DNA from: Prevotellaceae bacterium
Lineage (GTDB): Bacteria > Bacteroidota > Bacteroidia > Bacteroidales > Bacteroidaceae
Assembly (NCBI GenBank): GCA_050873805.1
Contig: JBNMJN010000009.1
Coordinates: 1,871 to 65,870, forward strand
Direction of reading: 5' to 3'
DNA: 64,000 bases
Below are positions 8,519 to 20,100 of the stretch, piece after piece (position 1 is the stretch's first letter; each line of letters starts with the position of its first letter). A program made the translations under genes and the position numbers. The notes under the pieces were generated by a model. That model had not been told where the DNA came from. It made no database searches and saw nothing but the letters and a program-made list of their open reading frames with translations.

Positions 8519-11500
8519 ATGAGCAAGCCCGTAGAGATAGAGTTTCTGATGAAGGACAAACTGAGTGACGGTATCGACAATGCCAACGCGCATATCGACA
8601 CCCTCATCGACAATGCCAAGAAAGCGGCCGAACTGGTGAACGCCAAGATAGCCGAGCAGCACAAGGTCATTGACGGCGTGGCCGCGGACATCAGCCGTAT
8701 GGAGAGGCAGCTTGCAGGCATGAAGCCCGGTACCGCCCAGAAAGAACTCGCCGCCGATGTCATGGCTTGCCGTAAGGTGCTGGACGAGGAGCGGAACACC
8801 CTTGTCTATCTGGAGAAGCAGCACCGCCAGGCGGAAAAGGCCGTGTCCGACTTGGAGAAGGAGCATGGCAAGCTCTCCGAGTCCAGCACCACGGCGGCAA
8901 TGGCGCAGAAGACCCTTGCCGAGCGTATCGCCGAGAGTAGGGATTTGGTGAAGTACACCACCTCCTGCATCAAGGAGCTGGAGAAGGCCTACAGGAACGC
9001 GGCTCCCGGCAATGCCCAGTCCGCAGCCCTTGCCGAACTCAACGCCGCCAAGAAGGCTCTGGAGGAGGAGAAACTGATACTCGCCAGCCTTACACGCGAG
9101 CAGGAGGAAAACAAGGAGAGCAACAAGCGTCTGGCCATGCAGCTGCGTGAGTTGCAGGACGCGATGGCCAAGATGAGACTGGAGGGAAAGCAGAACACGG
9201 AAGAGTACCGCGAGATGGCGGAGAAGGCTGCCTTACTATCCGACACCATCGCCGACCTCCATACCCAGACCAAGATACTCTCCAATGATGATGCCAACCT
9301 GCAGGGCTTCATGTCCGGCATCAGCGGTCTGTCCGGCATGTTCACCGCCGCCACAGGTGCCGTGTCGCTGTTCGCCTCCGAGAACGAGAACCTTGCCAAG
9401 ATACAGGCGCGGGTGCAGTCCGTCATGGCCGTCACCATGGGATTGCAGCAGGTGTTCAATACCCTGAACAAAGACTCTGCGTTCCGACTGGTGACGGTGG
9501 TGAAAATGAAGAACCTGTTGACGGCGGCCAACGCAAGACTGGCTGCATCGCTCGGCATCTCCACCGCTGCAGCGTCTGCGCTTATGGCGACCCTCACGCT
9601 GGGTCTGTCCGCAGCCATTACCGGTCTGATTGTCCTGTTCAACAAGTACAGCGACGCGCAGGAAGAGGCACGGCAGAAGGCACAGGAACTCGTCGAGGTG
9701 GAGAGCGAGGGCAGGGCGCAGATGATAAAGACCCGTTTCGAGATAAACAACACCATTCGCGAGTTGAAGGAGTTCACCGGCAGCAAGGAGGAGGAAAAGA
9801 AGAAGACCGAGGAACTGAACCGCAAGTACGGCGAGGCATTCGGCTACTACGACACCGTTGCCGAGTGGTATGATGTCCTCACGCAGAAAGCGGCCGACTA
9901 TATCCAGATGCTCTTTCTGCAGGCCAAGGCACAGGCACTGGTCAACAAGGCCGTGGAAGCCGATGACAAGGTGAACAAGCTGAAGGCAACCGATGCCGAT
10001 GATGTCGATGGCTCCATGGGGTGGTTCAAGAAGTCTCTCCTGTATTTTGCGCAAGGAGAGACCAACGGTCAGATAGACGCCTCGGCCATCATCAAGGAAG
10101 AGAACGAGAAAAACAAGGAACAGGCTATCGCCGATGCCGAGAAACTCCGTGATGACCTGCTCAAACAGGCAGAAGACCTGACCAAGGAAATGGGTGAGAT
10201 AGGCAAGAACAGCAATATCGGCGGTCATTCCAAGCCCGAACACAAGTCAACAGGCAGCACTGGGAACAGAGACAAGGACCGGCAGAAAGAGCTGGAGCGC
10301 GAGAAGGCAGCCGAGCAAAAACGTGCCGAGGAACTTGCACGGCTCCGTCAGGAGAACGAGCAGGAAAGCATTGACCAGATGGCGGAGGGCAGTGCCAAGC
10401 GAATTAGGCAGATAAAGTTCAACTACCAGAAAGAGGAAGCCGAGATAAAGGCGCAGGAGACCAAGTGGCGTGATGCGCAAGGCGGCAACCTCACGGAGGA
10501 GCAGGGCGAAGCCCTTGCGGAACGGCTGCGTCTGGCACAGGAGGAACAGCGCAAGGGGCTGGAGGAAATCGACAAGGAATCCCTGAAGAACGAGCTCCAG
10601 GCCATGGTGGACTATCTGCGTGAGTATGGTACTCTTCAGGAGCAGAAATACGCCATCGCCAAGGAATACGCCGAGAAGATACGCGAGGTGAACGAGGGCG
10701 ACGGTACAGCGGAGGAGAAACGGTGGCAAGTCCGCAAACTCGAAAAGGAGCGTGACGCTGCCGTCAGCCAGACCAATGCCCAGAACCTTGCCTTGAACAT
10801 TGACTGGAGCACCACCTTCGAGGGTGTCGGCAATGTGCTCAAAGATGTGGCGAAAGAGACTCTCGCCAAGATAGAGGAGTACATGCAGACCTCCGAGTTC
10901 AAGAAACTCTCGGCGGAAAACAAGAAAGTATATACCGACCTGCAGGCGAAACTGAAGGACGAGACCGGCGGTAACAGCACCAGCGCCTTCAACTTCAAGA
11001 TATGGGGTACGATTGCCGAGAACGTGAAATCCTACCAGGACAGTGTGCGCACGCTCCGAGAGAAGACTGATGCCCACACACAGGCCGTTGCCGATTTGGA
11101 GCAGGCGCAGCAGGACCTTGCCGATGCCACCGATGATGCCTCAAAGGAAATCGCGCAGAAGGCGGTGGACATAGCGCAGGGCAAGGTCAATGCGACGGCA
11201 GCATCGCAGAACGAGGCGCAGGAGGCCAGCGACAAGGCGCGGAAGACCCTCACCGACAACACCAACGCGGCGGCGCAGGGTATCAAGAACTTCACCGGTT
11301 ACCTGAATGAGATGTCTGACGGCTCGCTGTACGGTTTTGCCAATGGCATCACCAAGCTCATCACCTCGCTCTCCAAAGGCTCCGACGGCATCGGAAAGTC
11401 GCTTGGCGAGCTGGGCGGCAAGGTAGGCGGCATCGTCGGTGCCATACTCCAGATACTCGATGCGCTGGGCGATGACCCGAAAGGCTTCATCAACGACCTG

Positions 11501-12703
11501 CTCGACAAGGTGGCTGACACGATAAACAAGGTTGTGGAGGAACTTCCCGAAATCATCATCGATGTCATCAAGGACGTGGGCAATATCGTGCAGGGGTTGC
11601 TCAGCGGCATTGCCGGGTGGTTCGGCATTGACGACCTCTTCGGGCTGAACGGCAACGAGAAAGAGGTGAAGAAGACCATAGAAAACCTGACCGAGCGCAC
11701 GGAACTCCTGCAGAACGCCATTGAGGACCTGACCGATGTGATGGAGAAAAGCTACGGTCAGAAAGCCACCGATGCCTACGAGCAGGCCAAGCGCAACCAG
11801 GAGGAGACCAATGCCAACTACCTGGGCATCGCGCAGGCGCAGGCAAGTTACTGGAAGCACCACCATAGCTGGAATTATTACTGGAACGGCTTTTCCGATG
11901 ACCAGACGGCATGGATAAGGCAGAACGTGAAGGAAAACTTCGACGGCAGTATCTGGAGCCTCACACCGGAGGAGATGAAGAAACTTCTCTCCAATGTGGA
12001 TATAGCCGAGTACATCAAGAACAGTGGCAAGGGAGGATACGGAAGTAATGTGCTGGACAAGCTGCAGGACTATGCGGACCAGGCCGGAAAGATAGAGGAA
12101 CTGACCGATAGCTGGCGCGAGACCATCACCCAGATAAGTTTCGACAGCATGAAGGACAGCTTCATTTCCAACCTGATGGACATGAAGAAAACCTCCAAGG
12201 ACTTTGCCGAGGACTTCGCCACAGACATGCAGAAAGCCCTGCTGAGCTATTCCATGGAAGACCTCGTCAATGGCAAGCTGAAGCAATTGTATGATGACTG
12301 GGCGCAGCTCATTTCCGACAAGAACGGCGAGTTGACGGAAAAGGACATCGAGGACTTCAACCGCCGCTATGACGAGATTGTGGCGGAAGGACTGAAACGC
12401 AGGGACGAGTGGGCGAAAGTCACTGGCTACGAGGACACGGGCGGTACCAGCCAGAGCGCGAAGTCCGGAGGCTTTACCGCCATGACGCAGGACCAGGGCA
12501 CGAAGCTGGAGGGCATGTTTACCAGCGGGTTGCAGCACTGGTCAAGCATGGACGAGCGTCTGGAGACCGTGGCCGACCGCATGAACCTTGCCGAGAGTCA
12601 CCTTGCCCGGATAGCCGAGAATACCGGCACGAGTGCGGGGCATCTTGGCGAGATAAAGGAGGACATCAGGAAAATAGTAAGGGACGGACTAAAAGTGAAA
12701 TGA
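8519..12703 (+). CDS. Tail tape measure protein
   Basis: 1394 aa. Long coiled-coil segments plus a central hydrophobic block (FMSGISGLSGMFTAATGAVSLFA...LTLGLSAAITGLIVLF). Canonical position. Confidence 0.9.
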   Translation: MSKPVEIEFLMKDKLSDGIDNANAHIDTLIDNAKKAAELVNAKIAEQHKVIDGVAADISRMERQLAGMKPGTAQKELAADVMACRKVLDEERNTLVYLEKQHRQAEKAVSDLEKEHGKLSESSTTAAMAQKTLAERIAESRDLVKYTTSCIKELEKAYRNAAPGNAQSAALAELNAAKKALEEEKLILASLTREQEENKESNKRLAMQLRELQDAMAKMRLEGKQNTEEYREMAEKAALLSDTIADLHTQTKILSNDDANLQGFMSGISGLSGMFTAATGAVSLFASENENLAKIQARVQSVMAVTMGLQQVFNTLNKDSAFRLVTVVKMKNLLTAANARLAASLGISTAAASALMATLTLGLSAAITGLIVLFNKYSDAQEEARQKAQELVEVESEGRAQMIKTRFEINNTIRELKEFTGSKEEEKKKTEELNRKYGEAFGYYDTVAEWYDVLTQKAADYIQMLFLQAKAQALVNKAVEADDKVNKLKATDADDVDGSMGWFKKSLLYFAQGETNGQIDASAIIKEENEKNKEQAIADAEKLRDDLLKQAEDLTKEMGEIGKNSNIGGHSKPEHKSTGSTGNRDKDRQKELEREKAAEQKRAEELARLRQENEQESIDQMAEGSAKRIRQIKFNYQKEEAEIKAQETKWRDAQGGNLTEEQGEALAERLRLAQEEQRKGLEEIDKESLKNELQAMVDYLREYGTLQEQKYAIAKEYAEKIREVNEGDGTAEEKRWQVRKLEKERDAAVSQTNAQNLALNIDWSTTFEGVGNVLKDVAKETLAKIEEYMQTSEFKKLSAENKKVYTDLQAKLKDETGGNSTSAFNFKIWGTIAENVKSYQDSVRTLREKTDAHTQAVADLEQAQQDLADATDDASKEIAQKAVDIAQGKVNATAASQNEAQEASDKARKTLTDNTNAAAQGIKNFTGYLNEMSDGSLYGFANGITKLITSLSKGSDGIGKSLGELGGKVGGIVGAILQILDALGDDPKGFINDLLDKVADTINKVVEELPEIIIDVIKDVGNIVQGLLSGIAGWFGIDDLFGLNGNEKEVKKTIENLTERTELLQNAIEDLTDVMEKSYGQKATDAYEQAKRNQEETNANYLGIAQAQASYWKHHHSWNYYWNGFSDDQTAWIRQNVKENFDGSIWSLTPEEMKKLLSNVDIAEYIKNSGKGGYGSNVLDKLQDYADQAGKIEELTDSWRETITQISFDSMKDSFISNLMDMKKTSKDFAEDFATDMQKALLSYSMEDLVNGKLKQLYDDWAQLISDKNGELTEKDIEDFNRRYDEIVAEGLKRRDEWAKVTGYEDTGGTSQSAKSGGFTAMTQDQGTKLEGMFTSGLQHWSSMDERLETVADRMNLAESHLARIAENTGTSAGHLGEIKEDIRKIVRDGLKVK

Positions 12704-12704
12704 C

Positions 12705-13169
12705 ATGGACAAGATACTTGGAGGACTGGTGCTGGTGAACGGCACCGACATCTGGAAAGAATACGGCGTGTTCCTCGCCGAGGACAAGCGTGGCGGCATG
12801 GATAACCTCACCGCCATACTCACCCCGAGCAAGACGAAGAAGGACACCGCTGTGAACATACGCGAGGAGCAGGGCGAGAAATACTCCGCCACGCTGACAC
12901 CGAGAAACGAGCCGAGGGACATCACGCTCAACTTCGCCCTGTACGACAAGACACAGGCGGGCTGGCTACGGAAATACTTCTCGTTCATCAATTTCCTGAA
13001 GCAGGGCAAGGGGGGCTGGCTGGACATCGTATTCACGCAGCTTGACCTTACCCTGCATGTGAAATACAGCGAGAGCCCCAAGTTCACGCCGCTCACCTAC
13101 CTGTGGAAAGAGGGCGTGAACGCCGGCAAGTTCAAGGTGAAGTTCCGCGAGACTGTCCCCATCATCTGA
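12705..13169 (+). CDS. Distal tail protein (Dit-like) candidate
   Basis: 154 aa, starting 1 nt after the tape-measure stop. Assignment is by position only. Confidence 0.45.
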   Translation: MDKILGGLVLVNGTDIWKEYGVFLAEDKRGGMDNLTAILTPSKTKKDTAVNIREEQGEKYSATLTPRNEPRDITLNFALYDKTQAGWLRKYFSFINFLKQGKGGWLDIVFTQLDLTLHVKYSESPKFTPLTYLWKEGVNAGKFKVKFRETVPII

Positions 13170-13192
13170 CGACATTCTAACAGCATTCCGAT

Positions 13193-16100
13193 ATGGTTCT
13201 GACGATATACGACAAATACGGCACCGCCCGGACGGACATCTCGCCCGGTGACGGAAGTACCCAGCAGAAGGAGGTGCAGGGCGACAACGTGCTGACGCTC
13301 TCCTTCACCCATTACGAGCACATACCTCTCGATGTGAACGACTATGTGGACTTTGAGGGCGAGCGCTACTGGCTCACCGAGAAGTACGCCCCAGCTCAGA
13401 AGAGCGGGGGAGAGTGGTCGTATGACGTGAAATTTTACGGCATCGAGAGCCTGATAAAGCGTTTCCTCGTGCTGGAGACCACAGACAACAATGCCGAGCC
13501 CGTGTTCACCCTCACCGCCACTCCGAGAGAACATGTGGCGATGGTGGTGAAGTGCATCAACAACGGCATGGGGCACACCACCGATTGGAAAGTGGGGCAG
13601 GTGGACGGCACCGACCTCATTGTCATCGACTACGAGGGCAAGTACTGCGACGAGGCACTGAAGGAGATAGCCGAGAAAGTTGGCGGCAGTGCCGAGTGGT
13701 GGGTGGAAGGGCAGACCGTGAACATCTGCAAGTGCGAGCACGGAGAGGAGATAACGCTGGGCTACGGGAACGGACTGACGAGCCTGGAGCGTGACACCGG
13801 CAACACCAACAAGTTCTACACGCGCCTGTTCCCGATAGGCAGCACCCGCAACATCGACGCGGAGAAATACGGCCACAGCCGTCTGATGCTGCCCGGCGGC
13901 CGCCAGTATGTGGAACTGCACACCGACGAGTACGGCATCTATGACCACTACGAGAAAGACGCGTTCAGCGACATCTATCCGAGACGCACCGGTGAGGTGA
14001 GCAGTGTGCGCAGTGAGAATGTCAAGGACGATGACGGCAACGCGTTCACCATCTACTATTTCAGGGACGATACGCTGAACTTCGATCCCAACGACTATGA
14101 ACTGGCCGGGGAGACCAAGCGCGTGTCGTTCCAGGACGGCGAGCTTGCCGGGCTCGGCACCGATGACGACCACTATTTCGAGGTGAACTTCGACAGCAAG
14201 ACACGCGAGTTCGAGATAATCACCATCTGGCCGTATGACGACGACACCCAGCTGCCCGGAGGAAAGCTCGTACCCAAAGTGGGTGACCACTATATCCTTT
14301 GGAACGTACGTATGCCCGACGAGTACTACCCGATAGCGGAGGAGGAGTTCCTGAACGCAGTGGAGAAGTACAACACCGAACACTGGAAGGACATCAGCGT
14401 CTATAAAGCCCCGACCGACCATGTGTGGGTGGAGGAGAATGATGCCGTGCTCCATGTCGGCAGGCGCGTCCGGCTTGTGAGCGACAAGTATTTCCCGGAG
14501 AACGGATACCGGCAGAGCCGTATCACCAAGATAACGCGCAAGGTGAACCTGCCAAGCCAGATGGACCTTGAAATCAGCGACGCCCTGCAGACAGGCGCGC
14601 TTGACAAGGTGAATGACAGCATCGGCGAGCTGAAGAACTATACCAAGTCCAGGACGGAGGGCGCTACCCTTCCCGACATCATACGCTTGTGGGACGACAC
14701 GCAGCCGACCGACAACAACCTGTTCTCCGCAAGACGGAGCCAGCAGGAGTTCCTGAGCAAGAAACGCAACGACCGCACGAAAGGACGGATAACCTTTGAG
14801 CAGGGTGTGGTATTCGGACAGGAGGAGAACGGGCGCATCGACGGCAAGGGCAATGCCGATTTGCTCACTCTTGTGGTGCGCGAACTGTTGCGTAGCGCCA
14901 ACTATGATGGTGGTGGCATGACAGACAACGGCTGGCAGATTGGCCTTGACGAGGACCTGCTGTCGCACCTGACAGTTGACAAGATAACCGTCCGGCGTGT
15001 GATGAATGTCTTTGAACTGCTGATAAACAAGGTGCGCAGCGTGGGCGGACAGATTTGCGTGAGCGCAGCCAACGGCAAGATAAAGACGGTGCAGGAGCAG
15101 GGCGACTACTGGCACATCACCTTCGAGCAGGAGAATACTTTCGTGGCACACGACCTGATGCGCTGCCAGGTGTTCACCGGCATATCACAGAAAGCCTACT
15201 GGGTGGAGGTGGCCGGCACCGCGAATGGCGGCATACTTGTGGAGAAATCCGAGTTTGATACGGCACAGCCCGAAGAGGGCGACGAGTGTGTGCTGATGGG
15301 CAACACCGAGATTGCGAACCGCCAGAACCTCGTCCTCATATCCGCCTCGGAGGACGGACACCCAAGGGTAGATGTGCTGGACGGAGTAAGTTCCAAGAAC
15401 TTTGACCACGCCCTGCGTGCACGATTGGGCAACCTTGACGACATCAAGGACGACCGTTTCCCTCTGGATAACCAGCCGAATGGCAACGGCCTGTATGCTG
15501 ACAACGTGTATCTGCGTGGCACGTTCCTGCTTTCCACCGGCGAGGACATCAAGACCAAGCTGGAGATAACGGAGGGCAAGGTGCAGAGTGCCATCGACAG
15601 TGTGCGCAACGACTTCCTGAGCGAGAAAGGCTACCTGAACAACCCCACGTTCACATCGGGGCTTGAGAAATGGAACTCCGAGAACGAGACCGTTTTCTTC
15701 CTTGTCGGCAACAAGTGGATATGGGCCAACGGCAATGTGCTCTCCAAGAAAGGGGACGGCGCAAGCGTGGTGACAGACATGGGGCGGACGGTGGTGCGCA
15801 TACGCAACAAGTACATACTGCAGAAGCACGGGAATTTGCGCTATGTGCCCACGTTCCCGACCAATGACGAGGGGCAGAAAGAGGCATTGCCGGTGTATCT
15901 GACATTCTTCTACCGCTGTGCCAAGGCCGGCACGCTGAAAGTCCGCTTCGAGAATGTGGACAAGACAGGCTTCGCCAACTTCAACAGCATGGAGATAAGT
16001 GAGGAAATCGCGGAGACCGACGGCTATGTGCAATATACCGGAAACGGCCTGTGGAACGGCACGGGCGACTTCCGTCTGGAGTTTGATGGTGACATCTACA

Positions 16101-16846
16101 TGTACATGCTGGTGCTCAGTACCGACAAGTACGAGGCACTGACGCACCGCTACCGCACATTGTTCGAGCAGAGCGAGCGACTTGTGAAAATCTCCGCAGC
16201 GGTATTTGACAAGGACGAGAATATGCTGGAGGAGACAGGACTTGTCACCACCTCCAAGGTGTCGGGTCTGTACGCCATCGACGGAGACGGAAACCTGAAG
16301 TCCTTTGTCGGTGCGGGTCAGGACGGTGTGAAGATAAAGGCCGCCAACATACAGCTGGAGGGAATCGTCACGGCCAACGGCAACTTCAAGATATTGGAGG
16401 ACGGCAGCATCGTCACGCAGAATGCGACGATATACGGCAAGGTGTTCGTCGAGGACGGCGGAAAAGTCGGAGGCTTTGATATTCAGAACGCCTGCATGAA
16501 ATGGAATGACAGCATGGCGGAGATACGACTTGGATACGACTCCACCTGGGGCAGACAAACTTGCGTATATATAAAGGCGGACATGTTCAGCAATGCTATC
16601 GCTGGGCTTGCCCCGATGGGTGGAAGCGGAATATATGGGAGTTGCAGGAGCACCCCCACGTTCCCGAAAGATGACACTATGTGTGCAGGGTATTTTGATG
16701 GGGACATACTCGTCAATGCCGGTAACATAATAGTGACGGGCGGTGCTATTCAGGCTGACAGTGTGCTGCCCCAAAACGGCTGGTCGGGTAAGTTCAAAGG
16801 CAAGACGGTAACGGTTCAAAACGGAATAATCACAAATGTATCATAA
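13193..16846 (+). CDS. Tail-associated / baseplate hub protein (Tal-like minor structural protein)
   Basis: 1217 aa following Dit. The N-terminal region resembles the siphovirus minor structural protein N-terminal domain (recalled pattern). Confidence 0.6.
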   Translation: MVLTIYDKYGTARTDISPGDGSTQQKEVQGDNVLTLSFTHYEHIPLDVNDYVDFEGERYWLTEKYAPAQKSGGEWSYDVKFYGIESLIKRFLVLETTDNNAEPVFTLTATPREHVAMVVKCINNGMGHTTDWKVGQVDGTDLIVIDYEGKYCDEALKEIAEKVGGSAEWWVEGQTVNICKCEHGEEITLGYGNGLTSLERDTGNTNKFYTRLFPIGSTRNIDAEKYGHSRLMLPGGRQYVELHTDEYGIYDHYEKDAFSDIYPRRTGEVSSVRSENVKDDDGNAFTIYYFRDDTLNFDPNDYELAGETKRVSFQDGELAGLGTDDDHYFEVNFDSKTREFEIITIWPYDDDTQLPGGKLVPKVGDHYILWNVRMPDEYYPIAEEEFLNAVEKYNTEHWKDISVYKAPTDHVWVEENDAVLHVGRRVRLVSDKYFPENGYRQSRITKITRKVNLPSQMDLEISDALQTGALDKVNDSIGELKNYTKSRTEGATLPDIIRLWDDTQPTDNNLFSARRSQQEFLSKKRNDRTKGRITFEQGVVFGQEENGRIDGKGNADLLTLVVRELLRSANYDGGGMTDNGWQIGLDEDLLSHLTVDKITVRRVMNVFELLINKVRSVGGQICVSAANGKIKTVQEQGDYWHITFEQENTFVAHDLMRCQVFTGISQKAYWVEVAGTANGGILVEKSEFDTAQPEEGDECVLMGNTEIANRQNLVLISASEDGHPRVDVLDGVSSKNFDHALRARLGNLDDIKDDRFPLDNQPNGNGLYADNVYLRGTFLLSTGEDIKTKLEITEGKVQSAIDSVRNDFLSEKGYLNNPTFTSGLEKWNSENETVFFLVGNKWIWANGNVLSKKGDGASVVTDMGRTVVRIRNKYILQKHGNLRYVPTFPTNDEGQKEALPVYLTFFYRCAKAGTLKVRFENVDKTGFANFNSMEISEEIAETDGYVQYTGNGLWNGTGDFRLEFDGDIYMYMLVLSTDKYEALTHRYRTLFEQSERLVKISAAVFDKDENMLEETGLVTTSKVSGLYAIDGDGNLKSFVGAGQDGVKIKAANIQLEGIVTANGNFKILEDGSIVTQNATIYGKVFVEDGGKVGGFDIQNACMKWNDSMAEIRLGYDSTWGRQTCVYIKADMFSNAIAGLAPMGGSGIYGSCRSTPTFPKDDTMCAGYFDGDILVNAGNIIVTGGAIQADSVLPQNGWSGKFKGKTVTVQNGIITNVS

Positions 16847-16847
16847 T

Positions 16848-17126
16848 ATGAAGATAGACTTTCAGCATTTCAATGTTTATCTGTCGGTCAGCCACAAGGA
16901 GGCACGGCCGATGGATGTTCGCGAGGTCTTTGCGGACATGATATACAACAACGTGAACGGTATCAAGGCACACGCCCTCGCCCTGAAGATATACGAGAGT
17001 AAGGGAGAGGCTGACTACACCGATGACGAGGTGAAACTGGTGCGCATCGTCGCCGAGCGTCTTTGCGTGCCCGGTTTCATAGACGGACTGAACGAGCAGT
17101 TGGATAATAACCCTAACAACAAATGA
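16848..17126 (+). CDS. Small phage hypothetical protein (92 aa)
   Basis: ATG 16848 lies just after the upstream stop. It ends 1 nt before the fibre gene ATG. Confidence 0.4.
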   Translation: MKIDFQHFNVYLSVSHKEARPMDVREVFADMIYNNVNGIKAHALALKIYESKGEADYTDDEVKLVRIVAERLCVPGFIDGLNEQLDNNPNNK

Positions 17127-17127
17127 T

Positions 17128-20100
17128 ATGACAGACGAAGAGAAGAAGACAGTCGTTCAGGAAGTCCTGAACCAGATAAAGACAGCCAGCCAGAGTGTGG
17201 ACGAGCTGGAAACCGCCACTTCACTTGACAGCGTGAACTCACTACCGGCTATACAGGGTGAGAAAGTCGTCCGGGTGCCGATACCCTTGCTTGCTAAACC
17301 TGCGGAAGATGCGGCCAAGACCGCAAACGCAGCCGCTGCCACGGCGGACGCATCATCAAAAGCGGCCGGAACTGCGGCACAGCAGGCCAAAGATGCGGCA
17401 GATGTAGCATCGGGTGCCGCCCTCACGGCAAACAATTCGGCCATGCTTGCCGATGCGGCCACGGCAAAGCTGAATGATGCCATCGCGGCCGCCAACACCC
17501 ACCCGGTGGTGCTGGCGAATTATCTTGTCGGTGATCCTGACCGTATATTCTCTGACTGGCGTGACGCGGCCGAGACAATAGCCGGTGATGAAAGCTACGG
17601 CGGGGAGCAGGTCTTCACGACAGGCTGTGTGATGATATTCAGAAGTGAAGACGGCTGGGAGTCCTGGCAATATACCGGCAATCTGGACGGTGACCTTTAT
17701 GATGCGGAGAAATGGCAGGAATATGCCACAGGTGGCAGTGGCGGAAATACCTACAACGTGACAGAGGAAGTCCCACTTGAGAGCGGTTATTATACATTAG
17801 CGACCGCTATCGTTGCAGTGGAGGATAAGAAACGCGCGAAGGGACGCTGCATCACTTACGAGACGGCGCAGGGCAAGTGGGAAACCAAGCAGTTTGTCGG
17901 CACAAGCCTTGACAGCTGGGAACAGGTCGCGAGTTGGGAGGACTTCGGTGGTGCAGGCAATGTGAAGAGCATCTCGGTGAACGGGAAGAAACAGACACTT
18001 GACAGCGCGGGCAACGTGAACCTCACCATCAACGAGACGGAGGTGGACGAGAGCCTGAACACGAACTCCACCAATCCGGTGCAGAACGCGGCCGTGGCCA
18101 CCAAACTTGCAGAGGTCGAAGCCAACACCATATTCGGCGGCAGTGCCGAGCTGAGCGACGACGAGAGCACCGTGCGTGTGACGCTGACCAACAAGAGCGG
18201 CGCGGAGATTGTCGGTTTGGATATTCCTGCCGGCAAGGGCAGTGGTGGCGGAGAAACCTCCACCACCAAAATCGTGCTGACGGCAGAGACAGACAAGTCC
18301 GTCATCAAGGAAGGCGACAAGGCCACACTCACATGGTTCTACGACCACCAGTACAGCAGCGGTGACGAGAAAGGCACATCGACGGGGCAGAAAGCCACGG
18401 TGGAGATACAGATGAAACGTGGCGCGACACTGATGTATTCCGACACGCAGCAGGACGTGAGCAAGGGCACCTATACGCTTGACCTTACGAAATACCTCCT
18501 TTTGGGCACGACTGACATCTATGTGAAGGCCACCACCACCGACCCGACCACAGGCAAGACGCAGACCAAGCAGAGCTATGTGAGCGTGAAGGCAGTTACC
18601 CTTGCCTTGAGCAGTGGTTTCAATATCGCCGAGTGCATCGCGAAAGGCGGTTATGGCGTGAGCGAGAACGTGGGCATACCCTATGCCGTAAGCGGAAGCG
18701 GCACAAAGACCGTCACCCTCTATGTGGACGGCATACAGAAAGATTCCGTTTCCGTCACGAGGAGCGGCACAACCAACGGCAGTTTCACGCTCTCCATGTC
18801 GGGGCTATCAGTCGGCAGGCATACCGTGCAGATGGTGGCCGAGATGAAGGCAAGCGAGGAACTGACACTGAAGAGCGAGAGCATCTATTTCGACATATTG
18901 AAGACCGGCAGCAGTGCCCCCTATATCGGAACCAAGATTACCTTCAAGGACGGGCGCATCTTTACGGCAGACCATCTTACCCCGACTATTGACACAGGCC
19001 AGTATGAGCAGGTGCTGTTTGACTTCGTGGCGTATGACCCGACGGCAACCCCTGCAAGCATGAGCGTGTGGAGGGACGACATAAGGACACAGACTGTGAG
19101 CGTGCCGAGGACGGTGCAGACTTACACGAACCGTTTCTTGGAGAAAGGCGCGGTGGCGATGGTGTTCAAGTGCGGCACGACCGAATACAAGTTCAACGTG
19201 AACGTGACGGAGAGCAGCATCGACCTTGGCGAGGCTACTTCTGGGCTTGTACTGAAACTGACGGCTGCGGGCAGGAGCAACAGCGAGAGCAACCCTGCGG
19301 AATGGAGTTATAACGACGTTCAAACGGCGTTTGAAGGCTTTGACTGGCAGAGCAACGGCTGGACGGGCGACGCGCTGAAACTGACGAACGGTGCGAACAT
19401 CGAGATAGGCTACAAGCCTTTCAGCAACGACGCGACCACGACGGGCGCGACCTACGAGATGGAACTGACCTGCACGAACGTGACAGACCGGAAAGGCACG
19501 GTGGTGGACTGCATGGCCGGCAATGTCGGTTTCCGGCTGACCACGCAGGAGGCACTGATGCGCACTGGTGCAGGAAGTGAGGTGGGCACGAAATTCGCGA
19601 GCGGGATGACGCTGAAGATAGCCTTCGTGGTGCAGGAGAAGAAGGGCAATAGGCTGATGGAGCTGTATGTGAACGGCATATTGAGCGGTGCAAAGCGGTA
19701 TGCCCCGACAGACAGCCTTTTGCAGGACGAGCCGGCCAACATCAGAATAACGAGCGAGAGCGCGGACATGGAGGTGCGGAACCTGCGCGTGTATAACCGC
19801 GCACTGGGCGATGACGAGGAACTGGCAAACTACATGGTGGACCGCCCGACGAGCGACGAGATGGTGGTGCTGTTCGAGAAGAATCAGGTGATGGACGACG
19901 AGGGCACTGATGTCGATATAGACAAGCTGAGGGCGATGGGCAAGAGCGTGATGCGCATCGTGGGCGACGTGAATCTGGTGAACCAGACGAACAACAAGAA
20001 GTTTGAAGTGCCGGTGGACATCTACTTCTACTCGGCCTACGGCAAGGAGTATGACTTCATCATCTACCAGTGCGGTCTGCGCATACAGGGCACGTCATCG

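Noticed and set aside
13097-15151. 684-aa minus-strand ORF. Similar long antisense ORFs occur at 15185-16819, 21769-23268, 11141-12538, 9236-10243, 47189-48679, 52839-54710, 58304-59719 and 33629-35077.
   Set aside because: All lie antisense to genes with clear family motifs. Their translations are low-complexity (H/R/V/L/G-rich) with no recognisable motifs. Such shadow ORFs are expected in GC-rich coding DNA.
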